The translations under genes and the position numbers were made by a program. The notes under the pieces are model-generated. The model searched no databases and was not told the DNA's origin. It saw only the letters and a list, made by a program, of their open reading frames with translations. From Octopus bimaculoides (Eukaryota): 64,000 nucleotides of DNA. The stretch lies in assembly GCF_001194135.2 (NCBI RefSeq), contig NC_068997.1, positions 55,377,139 through 55,441,138 on the forward strand, read 5' to 3'. Shown in pieces: positions 13,691 through 25,872 of this stretch (its first letter is position 1; each line of letters opens with the position of its first letter).

Positions 13691-15965
13691 CATCATCATT
13701 ATTATTGTTATCAGTATATTTTTTTAAAAGATAAATATGATTATTTTATTGCAGCACAAAGAATAGTTAACATTTTTCTTGGTCATTACATATAAAGAGC
13801 TGTAGGTATTTTGCGAAGAATAAGGAATGTTTGGCATAAGAACTAAATGAATAAAGAGAACAAAATGAAAATCTTCAAAGAAAATCTTTCTAGGTGTTGT
13901 CAAAACTGAAAATAGGAGGAAGAAGTGAAGATAGCACTAATTTCAGAAAGAGAGACTGAGCTTAACTGATTTCACAAATACGTGCGGATATCTGTAAAAC
14001 AGACATTAAAAATATCATTAGTGGCAACAATAAGCTATAAATTTACTCTCATGGATTGACTGATATCTAATGTACATTAGAATAATATAAGGAGATATAA
14101 GAGAATGGAATATCAAAACTGATACTCTAAGAAATATCTGACGCTAACGCTAAATTTAACCGATATACTTTAAACTTTGCATGACAATTTCTAGTACAAG
14201 ATTGTTGTCCTAGCTGAATTTAAAACCTTTTTTTCCTACTGAAGTGTAAGCAATGATATTTATCTCAAATATGAGAATAATTTGCTAGCAACAAACACAT
14301 TTCTCAAGAAAGTCATCTTTTAATATTACAATCCATGGTTGACAGGAATTCAGGAATATATGTCAACATTACTTAAATGATACTCTTTTCTGATTAAATG
14401 ATATGGAACAGATTTAACCCTTTTACTATGTAGTAATAATTTTGCAGTATTTTAGCAGTATTTTGCCCATCACTACATTCTGAGTTCAAATTCTGATGAA
14501 GTTGACTTTGCCTTTCATCCTTTCAGGGTTGATAAATTAAGTACCAGTGAAACACTGGGGTCGATGTAGTCGAGTAGTCCTTTCCCCACAAAATTTGAGG
14601 CCTTGTGTCTCCAGTAGGAAGGATTATCATTATTATTAAGATGATGATGATATATACTGATATGAAAATTCTCTTTCTTTCAAACATAGAATAATAAGAG
14701 TTGGCTGCAGAAGAGGAACATGAAAGAAAATGTTGGAGGAGAAGTTGAGGATGGTGATCCTAACAAAGGGGATGCTGACAGACCTTGACAAGTGCCAAGA
14801 TGTAATGTTGAAGTCTCTCCCAACTCATGAAAACATTGAAAAACAGACTTAAATTAAAGAATTTTATGGAAATACATTAGCCACTTCTTAATTTCACATT
14901 ACAGAATTATACGTTTTGCTTCCTCATTACACAACCTACTGAAATTTAATTAAAGATACTGAAAATTCAGTAATTAACAAACATATAAAGTAATTTATAA
15001 TTGTGTTTATGTTATCAGTAATACATTTTGCATTATTTACAATCTACAAAGTACAGGAAAAATATTATCATTCTCCATTATAGAAAGGATCAGCTCATAT
15101 TTATTGAATATTTTCTGCAAGAAAGACTTCTAATGAAGACCATCTAAAAAGATGTTACACTCATCTTTTCTTCTAATACCAAAGAAATAATGTTCTGTCA
15201 TTTTCTTTTTCTAATGGAATTCATCTTTCAATCAATTTAGAAACAATAATTTTTTTTTCAATGAATTGATTTTAATATTGTGTCTGTCTTGTAAGTTATA
15301 AAATAAACAAACGAGGAGACATATAACTAAAGATTATTATGCAAAAAATCATACTCATCAACTATATCTATCAATTTTGCTGCAGACAGAGAAAATTGAT
15401 GAGGATGAAAAAAAAAAAAAAAGATTTAGTCAAAAATATAAAAGAGAGGAGGGGAGCATACTGTAAGGTCAAACACATTTACATACATTTATTCTTCTTT
15501 CTATGTTATTTTAATTTATTCGCTCAAACTTGTAAATTTGTTTGGACTTTTTCATTATAGTTTTGACTACTATGAGTTCCTGCACTTTGCTGCTTTATTT
15601 GATTGCCGTTTATCAAGCTAGAAGAGTTCTATGAATTACTGTTACATTATTGGTATGATTTTATGGTTTTTATCAGATTTCAGATACATTCCGCTCAAAA
15701 GTCTATTCTCTTCTCCTTTTGTTTAACACAAACACATCTCACACAGCAATTTATTAATGTTTTATTATTTATCTAGAGATAATATTCTCAGCTTGACTAA
15801 TGAAGAAGACTCGTAATAATATACTGTTAGAATGATTATCAAAAATGTTCTGTTTACCACAAATTTTTTTTTCATTCACAGAAATTCTAGAACATAAAAG
15901 ATCTTCATATTGTGGCATTTAATGTTCACCTGTTCTGAAATAGTAATATATATATATATGAAGCT

Positions 15966-16545
15966 AGTATGCTTTGCAGGATGTACAATGTCAGTGTGCA
16001 TGTACGACAGAGTGTAAGTATTTTGAAAGAAAAGCTGGGCATAAGAAGAATCAGATATGGTGTGCAAGAGAGACAACTGCATTGGTATGGTCATGTGATA
16101 CATATGGACGAGGACAGCTGTGTAAAGAAGTGCCAATCTCTAACCGTGGAGAGAACCTGTGGTAGAGGTAGACCCAGGAAGACATGGAAGGAGGTGGTGA
16201 AGGATAATCTTCAAATATTGGGTCTCTTGGGGGGATGACAAGTGACTGAGAGCTCTGGTGATATGCTGTGTATGAGAAGAATTGCCAAGTCAAATGAAAT
16301 CGTAGTTGTGGCTATTGTCGGTGTCATGTAAATGGTACCCATGCATCATAGTTGTGGTCATTGCTAGTGTCATGTAAATGACACCTGTGCATTGTAGTTG
16401 TAGTCGTTGATGGTACCATGTAAATCACACCTGTGCCATTGGCACATAAAAGCACCCATTGCACACGTGGAGGGGTTGCAATTAGGAAGGGTATGCAGGA
16501 GTAGAAACCATGCCAAATCACACTGAGCTGTTGCATATATATACA
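15966..16545 (+). mobile_element. 5'-truncated RTE-clade LINE (ORF C-terminus plus 3' UTR)
   Basis: ORF 15969..16238 reads QERQLHWYGHVIHMDEDSC...GRGRPRKTWKEVVKDNL, the RTE/BovB C-terminal signature RLRWYGHV..R...GRPRKTW. Confidence 0.9.
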
Positions 16546-16636
16546 TATACATGCCTGTCTGAAAAAAAAGATTAACTATTCAAATCATTAAAAATAAATG
16601 CAAGTGACCTATTTTCCTTTTAGATTTCCTTAACTC

Positions 16637-17070
16637 TCAATGCTATGTTTCCATGTGGTTAAGAACCTTGCTTTGCAATCATGTTGTTTTGGGTTCAGTC
16701 CCACTGCACAATACCTTGGGCAAGTGTCTCCTACTATAGTCCAGACCAACCAATGCTTTGTGAGTGAATTTAGTATACAGAAACTGTGTGTGTGGAAGCC
16801 AACTATGTGTGTGCATGTGTGTGTTCACGTGTGTGCATGTGTGTGTTCACATGTGTGCATGAAAGTGTTCATCCTTCCTCATTCTATGACATGTTGGTTT
16901 GTTTACATCCTTGTAATTTACTAATTCAGTAAAAAAGACTGATAGAAGAAGTACCGGAATTGTTTTTAAAAATCTAGAAATCTCTCAAGTCCTGAGGTCG
17001 ATCTGTTCGACTAAAACCCTTCATGGTGGTGCCCCAGCATGGCCACAGTCTAATGACTGGAACAAAACGA
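16637..17070 (+). mobile_element. SINE family A, near full length
   Basis: tRNA-like head (gggttcagtcccactgc), body, (GT)n linker and 3' part gtgccccagcatggccacagtctaatgactggaac. Confidence 0.8.
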
Positions 17071-17454
17071 AAGATAACAACAACAACAACAGCAAAAACC
17101 AATAATGATAAATTGCAGCTGAACATTATTTTGGCAGTAAAATTCTTCCTAGAATCTAGAGTAAACATGCATTCTCTAATTTATAAGTGCCAACCATTTT
17201 CAGAAAACTAGAATAATAAATTACCTTGAGACATTGTATTGATCCATTTAACTCTGATGGTGTTTTTCTTGCTTTAAGACACAAGAAATTATCTGCCATA
17301 GCTTCATATTTAGGAAGATAATGAAATTTATGCTAATAAGACATGACATATTCCCAATTATGCAACTTTAATCATCTAAGTTCACTTATCCCTCTCAGTA
17401 GGCAATGTTTACATGGAAAGATCTACCTTTTATTATAAAAATACCTTTTACAAC

Positions 17455-17620
17455 ACAGGTGTGGCTGTGTGGTAAGGAGTTTTCTTCCCAACCTCATGGT
17501 TTTGGGTTCAGCCCCACCATGTGACACATTAGGTGAGTGGCCTCTACAACAGCTCTGGGCTGACCAAAGCCTTGTCAGTGGATTTGGTAGATGGAAACTA
17601 AAAGAAGCTCACCATGCATA
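17455..17620 (+). mobile_element. SINE family A, 5' portion
   Basis: caggtgtggctgtgtggtaag...gggttcagcccc...gatttggtagatggaaactaaaagaagc. Confidence 0.8.
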
Positions 17621-17988
17621 TATGTATGTCTCTTCTATTTCTTAATTATTAGAAACCTTCCACTGAGGAGAGAGCTAGTTTCCAACAAAGATACAAGGCT
17701 CCATCTTTTGGATGTAGTTAACTCAGACAAATTCACATTTGGAACTTGAAAAAAGTCTTGCATATTTTTACTGTTCCACTCACAGATTGTACTTGTAATA
17801 TATGAATCAGCCGATTCATACATTACAAGTCCTGGCCTTGAGTAAATATCACTTTGCTTGGAGGCAGTTGAGGGTTGGTGAAATGAACGACATTCTGAGC
17901 AGAGAAAAAAATCTGCCTCAAATGAACTCCATCTGATCCCTGCCAGAAGGGGAAACGTAGACATTAAATCACAATGATGATGGTGAGC

Positions 17989-18038
<50 letters not shown>

Positions 18039-19055
18039 TATACACATATATATATACACACACACATATATTCACACACACATACACACACTCACATACA
18101 ATCACACATGCATGCATGCACATATATGTAGTACATGCCTCTTTCAGTTTCTATCAACCAAATCCAATCACAAAATTTAAGTCTGGTTGAGGTTATGATA
18201 GAAAACACTTGCTTGAGGTTCTTCGCAGTGAGATCAAACCTGAAACTGCTTGGTTGCAAAGCAAATTTCTTACCACACAGCCATATGCCATTGGGCACTC
18301 ACAGTTATTTCTTTGCTCATTTTTGCTTATCTATGTATGTATATGTGTGTGGGTGTGTGTGTATATATGTATGTATGAGAGAGAGAGGAGAAAGAGAGAG
18401 ATTGGGAGTGCATAATATGTCAAGTACCTTAAATACGAATCATTAGATGACAAGTGTCTCTTATTGATTTCAAATAAATACCGAATCTCAAATATTCTTG
18501 ACACTTAGAATTTGGAGCATCAAAACTAAAAATTACATTCTATGGTAAGTAGAAGGTCTTTCTATGTTTCTATGCTTATACTTATGATTAATTAATTTTA
18601 CATGATAATCTGAAGTATTTAAATTAATCTAAGAACGATATTTGTGCTTATCAAGAAAATTAAAGAATGAACGAGCTGAACTTACAATTCTAAAAATGTT
18701 ATGAACCAATCCAATTGAAATGACTGAAATAATTATATATGCATGTGTGTGTGTGTGTACATACATACATACATATACATGCATATATATATAAAATATA
18801 AGGATAAAATCTATATAAGATTTTATCAAGTAGCCAGTGTGTAAAACCAATTAAGGAAAAAAATTAATACAAAGTGTATAATTTTTTCCTTAAATATATA
18901 ATACATTATTATACCAAGGGTTATTACTATAAGTAGAGCCACACACTGTGAAGGGACTCTGAAGTCAAACTACTTCAATGCATATACACACAGGCACCAA
19001 AATCGTGGCAAATGAACATAGGAGAAATTCCTTTAAAAAAGGTTTAGTTGTATTA

Positions 19056-19287
19056 TCATATCTATAAAAGTGGAGATGTGTGTGTGTACGTAAATGTAGT
19101 TTATGCACGTCCACAAATTAGCACGCATGTCGCTCCAATTTTAGGAGGAGATTCGTCATGACCCTGCATTTTCGTTAAATTTTTCTCTCAGAGGCACCCA
19201 CGTATAGCTGTAAAAATATCGATAAACTTTTACCAATTTTGAACTTTGTTGCCATGGCGAAGTCAAATCGGTGCCGGACGCACGTGA

Positions 19288-19336
<49 letters not shown>

Positions 19337-19504
19337 CGTCTGAGGACAAAAAATTTCTCTGACCAAGACAGAGTTTGCCAAGCGTCTAAGAAAAAAAACA
19401 AATTGAAAATGGAAGGGGGAGGCAGAAAGTGTATTAGGAATGGAAAGGTTTTGAAGTTTGTTGCCATGGCGAAAAGTCAAATCTGTACCGTACGCACGTG
19501 AAGG

Positions 19505-19539
<35 letters not shown>

Positions 19540-21024
19540 GTGTGTTTGTGACAAGGGGAGAAAGGAACGGAAAAGTGGAAGAGGGAGGCAGAAAGTGTAT
19601 TAGGAACGAAAATGTAGGTGAGGGAGACAGAGTAAATGTAAAATGCCATTTTTTTCCTCTTAAACATGAGATATAGCTTGAAATATAAGAGGTTTTTGAA
19701 CGACACTATATTCGATAATGAGATTATATATACTTCTTCACACAACAATTAAAATATATCCGTATATATATAAGAGAAGATATGTGTGTACGTGAATGTA
19801 CTTTATGCACGTCCACAAATTAGCACCCATGTCGCTCCAATTTTAGAAGGAGATTCGTTATGACCCTGCATTTTCGTCAAATATTTCTGTCAGAGGCACT
19901 CGCGTATAGCTGTAAACTTTTACCAATTTTGAAGTTTGTTGCCATGGTGAAAAGTCAAATCTGTGCTTAGGCACGTGAAGGAGAGAGAAAGAAAGAAAGA
20001 AATGGTGTGTTTGTGACAAGGGGAGACACAGAGTGTGTTTGCCAAGCGTCTAAGGTAAAAAAAAAAAATGGAAAAGTGGAAGAGGGAGACAAAGCGTCTG
20101 AGGAAAATGTCTTCACCACACACACTTTGAAATTTGGTTGCCATGGCGAAGTCAAATCGGTGCCGGACGCACGTGAAGGAGAGAGAAAGAAAGAAAGAAA
20201 TGGTGTGTTTGTGACAAGNNNNNNNNNNNNNNNNNNNNNNNNNNNNNNNNNNNNNNNNNNNNNNNNNNNNNNNNNNNNNNNNNNNNNNNNNNNNNNNNNN
20301 NNNNNNNNNNNNNNNNNNNNNNNNNNNNNNNNNNNNNNNNNNNNNNNNNNNNNNNNNNNNNNNNNNNNNNNNNNNNNNNNNNNNNNNNNNNNNNNNNNNN
20401 NNNNNNNNNNNNNNNNNNNNNNNNNNNNNNNNNNNNNNNNNNNNNNNNNNNNNNNNNNNNNNNNNNNNNNNNNNNNNNNNNNNNNNNNNNNNNNNNNNNN
20501 NNNNNNNNNNNNNNNNNNNNNNNNNNNNNNNNNNNNNNNNNNNNNNNNNNNNNNNNNNNNNNNNNNNNNNNNNNNNNNNNNNNNNNNNNNNNNNNNNNNN
20601 NNNNNNNNNNNNNNNNNNNNNNNNNNNNNNNNNNNNNNNNNNNNNNNNNNNNNNNNNNNNNNNNNNNNNNNNNNNNNNNNNNNNCTAGAAGGGACAGGCC
20701 CCTTATTTTTTGGTTAAGGCTGTTGGTAAGTTTTCCTAAGTTACTCCAATCCAGATCTCCAATGCAAACCTTCAGATCAACCTTCTCCTATGCAGATCTC
20801 TAATGCAACTTTAAAAGAAACAGTCAATGAGTAGAAATAACCAATAAACTGATTCCTTATGGGATTTCCCAATCAAATTGCCAGCAAACCATTTTCAGCC
20901 AAACCAATTTCAACGGATTTCGCTCAAATCTGATGTCCATGTTACTTATTTTGGTTTGAAATAAAGCACTTGATCACTTAATAATCCTAGCTTAATCCCG
21001 AGCAGTGCCGGGCTATACTGCTAG
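19056..21024 (+). mobile_element. Non-autonomous Helitron (composite, two 5' ends, internal tandem repeats, spans a gap)
   Basis: 5' ends A|TC..TATAAAAG at 19056 and 19759 are followed by near-identical ~200 bp. The 3' end has a GC hairpin CCCGAGCAGTGCCGGG (20997-21012) 8 nt before CTAG|T (21021-21025). Internal GA-microsatellite-containing repeats. Continuity across the gap is assumed. Confidence 0.7.
20219..20684. other. Assembly gap (N run)
   Basis: Ns in the sequence. Confidence 1.
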
Positions 21025-21074
21025 TATATATATACGTATGTGTGTGTGTGTGTGTGTATGTGTGTGTGTATATA

Positions 21075-21304
21075 TTTCTTTATTGCCCACAGGAAGCTAA
21101 ACACAGAGGGGGAAAACAAGGACAGACAAAGGGATTAAGTCGATTATATCGACCCAGTGCGTAACTGGTACTTATTTAATTGACCCTGAAAGGATGAAAG
21201 GCAAAGTTGACCTCAACAGAATGTGAACTCAGAACATAACAGCAGACAAAATACCGCAAAGCATTTCGCCCAGCATGCTAACAATTCTGGCAGCTCGACG
21301 CCAT
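21075..21304 (-). mobile_element. SINE family B, well-preserved copy
   Basis: gacccagtgcgtaactggtactt...gaaaggcaaagttgacctc...gaactcagaac...ctggcagctcgacgcc; retains CpGs. Confidence 0.9.
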
Positions 21305-22379
21305 ATATATAGGTGCAGGAGTGGCTGTGTGGTAAATAGCTTGCTTACCAACCACATGGTCCCGGGTTCAGTCCCACTGTGTGAGACTGAACCTGGAACC
21401 AAGTAGCTGGGAAGCAATCTTCTTACCACACAGCCACACCTGTGTCTGTATATTTATATATATATATAATTTTTCAAATTATATATAGAAATGTTAACAT
21501 CGGATTAAATACATGGATATAAACATCGGCGGAAAATCTCTTTCTTAAATGTAAAAATTTTAAACTTTGGATATATGTGTTTGTTTCAAACACTCGTAAA
21601 ATATAGTCCAGTATTCTCTCATTTCTAACTCTTCACCATCTTGAGATAACAAGGGAATCTCTAAGAACTCACTTAGCCTGCTAGAAATAGCAGCCAAATC
21701 TTCCTCACATCAAATCTTACAATCTAAAATAAGAACACATGAAATAGTGAAGTACTACACACAACTCAAACCACACAGAATGTCATTGATTACAGGCCTG
21801 CTTAATCAGATTTACTGGGGGGTAAACAACAATTTTTTTAATGTGAATGAAATATAAAATATATCACGTTCCTTGCCAAGGAAATATCAAAATAAACTAT
21901 GAAAGCTACTACCACTGACTGTGGTGTTGGTTATTAAAATTTATAAATGAAGAAAACCATTTGCATAGCCAAGAAATGTAATTTAAACTTAAGTGTCCAA
22001 AATAAAAATACAATTATTCAAATAAAATGACAAAAACATTATTTGGCAAAATTTATGCTGCAAATTCCATGTTAGACACAAAAAAGTAAAGTTACATGAA
22101 TTTTTATTTGGTATTCAGTATTTAAAAAATGTAACTATTAAAAATACTTGTAAAACACTTATTAATTAGTCATTAGCTTGACTGGTAATGATACTTTATT
22201 CAAATTAGTTTTCTTTTACATAATCAGAGCTGCACCATGAGGAAATACTAAACTTATCTCATGATTTATTTCAGATATTCACATTTAATTGTAATTCAGA
22301 AAACAGGTGAAAAATTGAGTATTTTACCCAAATTATTTCTGCTAAAATTCAAAATGTTTTTTTATTTTAAATCCTGTCA

Positions 22380-22410
<31 letters not shown>

Positions 22411-22452
22411 CTCTTAGTATTGAAATAGCATGTTAGCTGTAAATGAGTGTCA

Positions 22453-23596
22453 GTCATACAAACAGTGTCGTTTGTTTCTTGTCTTCTGTAAAAACAGATG
22501 TGAGTTTAGGGAACCTATTACCATGCGCAGAAGCATGTTAGAACTGGCAACAGGAAGAGCATCCAGCTGTTGAAAATCTACCTCAATAGATTCTGTCAGA
22601 TCCATGCAAGCAGAGAAAAATGGATTTTTCAAATAGTGGTATTGTTCAGCACCAGAGACAGACTTTAGACTGGCAAGATGCTTTAAACACAGATTTTGCC
22701 TCGGCCTTCTGTAAAGAAAGTATTTCAGACATCATCAGTTGTGTGTGTGTGTGTGTATGTGTGTGCGCACGCATGAGTGTATGTCAGAGAGAGAGGGAGA
22801 GAGAGAGTGAAAGAGAGAGAAAGAGAGAGAGAGAGAGAGAAAGTGAAAGAGAGTGAGAGAGAGGTGGGAGTGAAAGACAGAAAGGTTGTTTGTCATTTAT
22901 AGTGAGATGTTAAAAGTATTGGATAAACATTGTTAAAAGCAAAGGAGTGTTTAGAAAAGCCTTTTAAATGAAACAATCTATCAGAGCACAATGACTGCAT
23001 TAATGTCAGCTCAAACAGATTATTGAATATAATTGCCCATTATTTGAAGAATGAGGTCACTTGCAGGTATGTATTGCAATATGCTACTCAAGCAAAAGTG
23101 TGCTGCACCAAAAATTGGTTCCCAGGAATTGTTGCCGATAAGAGATTCTTTTTAACACATTGTTTAAGTATATTATACAGCCTAATGTATCTGATAGGCG
23201 ACTTCTTCATACCTGAACAACTAAACTCACAGAGCTGACACTTTCTTCCAATTCAGTAACATTAAGTAAATGATAAACAAATTTTCCCTTTGGCAATGGT
23301 TCTAGTTAATCAAGACTTCTCTTGGCAGATCTGACATGGCTGTGTGGTAAGGAGCTTACTTCTCAACCACATGGTTCCAGGATCGGTCTCTGTCTCTGGT
23401 GCTGAACAATACCACTGCTTGAAAATCCATTTTTCCATGCTTGCATGGATCTGACAGAATCTGTTGAGGTAGACTTTTTACAGCTGGATGCTCTTCCTGT
23501 TGCCAGTTCTAACATGCTTCTGTACATGGTAATAGGTTCCCTGAATCAAGATATATTTTTACAGAAGACAAGAAAGAACAACACTACTTGTATGAC
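22453..23596. repeat. About 210-bp inverted repeat pair (22453-22663 and 23386-23596)
   Basis: Reverse-complement alignment by eye gives roughly 85-90% identity, including the non-SINE extension gtggtattgttcagcaccagagacag. Confidence 0.9.
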
Positions 23597-25872
23597 AATC
23601 CTTTGAGCAAGTGTTTTTTACTATAGTCTCAGTCAACCAAAGCCTTCTCAGTGGACTTGATGGATAGAAACTGTAAGAAGCCCATCTGATAAAATGCTGG
23701 GACTGCTTCGTTCAACTAAAATATTTTCTAAAGTGGTGCCCCACATGGCTGCAGTCAAATGACTGAAACAAGTAAAAGAATAAAAGACAAGAGCAGTAAT
23801 CCTTACTGGTTTAGGTTGAGGGGTTTGGTTTCTGAAAATCGTTGCATAGAATAAAATTTTCTGTAATGACATTATTTTTGATTTCCTTGTGGAAAAAGAA
23901 ACATCTGAAAATTTCTGGGAATATATTTTTAAATGGGTTCAAATTTTAGGGTATATACAATATTCAAAACTAGACACGGATACGAGAGAGGGGTAGTTAC
24001 GAATTTCAAGAAATGTGGAAGTTAAATCTTTTAGATTTTATTTAAACAAAAAATACTCTAATCATTTTTCAAAGCTGAGCTATTTCTTTCTAAATAGTTT
24101 GAAATACTTAAAAAGCAAAACAATATAACAACTACAATACATGCAGCTTAATTTTAAAATAATCTGGTTACTATCATTTTGTTTGAATCATTTTAAATAT
24201 TATAAACTAATTGTAATTAATAAATATTAATTAACTAGTTCATTTAGGAATGAAATTCAATGTTATTGGGGATGTAAACAAATATTTTTCTATTCATCTT
24301 TGATCATTTTATTGTTTGACAAAGAAGAAAAAAAAAACAAATTTTAATAAATGTAATTTTTCTACTAAAATGCAAATACAATAAAAAAAAATTTAATTTC
24401 TCCAAGAAAGAAGAAATGAAGTAAATTGTTGAGTTTGCTGTATTGGATTTATTGTGGTTATCTTTGGAGGTGAGATAAAAGAAGAGCAGCTTAGCAATTT
24501 GTGAATTGATTGAGAACACTAGAGAAAGAATAAATATTAATCTGGGGGCATTATTTAGTGATTTTCTTTCTGTTTCCTTATTGAAATCAGATATATATCA
24601 ACATAGAATATTGCCTGCAATTGCTAAAAAGGAAATGGAATTCAATAATAATAGAAAAAAAGTATCATAAATTAGAGAAGGAAGAATAAGACAAAAAACA
24701 GATGATTGAAATAAAATTATTATATTAGGATTTTTGACTTCTGGCTTTTTGTTAATGAACCACGGAGATTACGGAGCAACGCTGATTTTATCATGGTGAA
24801 TAATCGAAAAAAGTTTGTTCAGAGTGAAAGATGTTGTGGTTTTTTTTTTTTTTACTTCCAATTATAAAGTAAAGAAAAATAGAATAGCTTGCAGATTAAT
24901 GCAAAGAAAATGTTTAAATTTCTGATTTTATAGTCTGTTGCATTTATAAATATCAAAGAAGCAAGAAATTAGAAAGTCAGAGATTTTAAATCTATATTTA
25001 ACTAAAGTGAAGAATCCAAAGGTGAAAAAGAAGTGAAATTTGGAAAATAATTTTTAACTTAAAAGATATTTGCAACCAATTTTTCCCAAAATAAATCATG
25101 ATTAATGTTCTAAGGCATATTCTTATGCAATTTACATGATATTTATGGCATGTTTAGAAAATTATCATTGATTTTTTTCACTTTAGTTTATGAAACATGG
25201 CTAAAAACTTTAAACATGTATTTCCAGTAATATGCATGCATTCACATATGAATGTGTGTGTATGTGCGTGTGTGATTGAATAGGCATTAAACTTATGTGT
25301 GTCATTTTTTTATATTTCATTTCTTTAAGTTGTAGTTTATGAAACTCACAAATTATTTTCTATTTATTTCATCAATGTTATTATAAAATATTTGTTGTAA
25401 ACAACCAAACAGTTTCACAAGGAATTATTTGTGAAGTGCATAATTCAACACACAAAGGTCGTATGAACTTATGATTCACATGTCCAGTCATATAAACACA
25501 TGTAGATAAGCTTACATTATTTGTTTGTTTAATATGATGTAATTAGTAGAAGCTAAAATAGCAAAAAATAGCTTTTAAACCTCTTCTTCATGTAGTTCTG
25601 CTTGTCCTGATCTGATTATCTATGTAACAACAAATATTATTATAGTTTGGCATTATCTTTGTTAAGGAATTTTATGTAAGAACAATTGTTTGCTGACTGA
25701 TATGAAACGGTTTGATATTATTGAGTTAGATTTAGGGCATGAAAAATAAATTGGGACTACATAGTAATGGGGTACCCCGAAGTTTACAACATTTAAAGGA
25801 CATACAAGCAGAAGAAATACAGTGGCTACTGCCACTGCATCGCAATGAGTGTCATGTTTGATATCAGTCAGT

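Noticed and set aside
19100-20218. Regularly spaced repeats as a CRISPR-like array
   Set aside because: Eukaryotic context; the spacers are homologous to each other and contain microsatellites; no cas genes. Explained as Helitron internal repeats.
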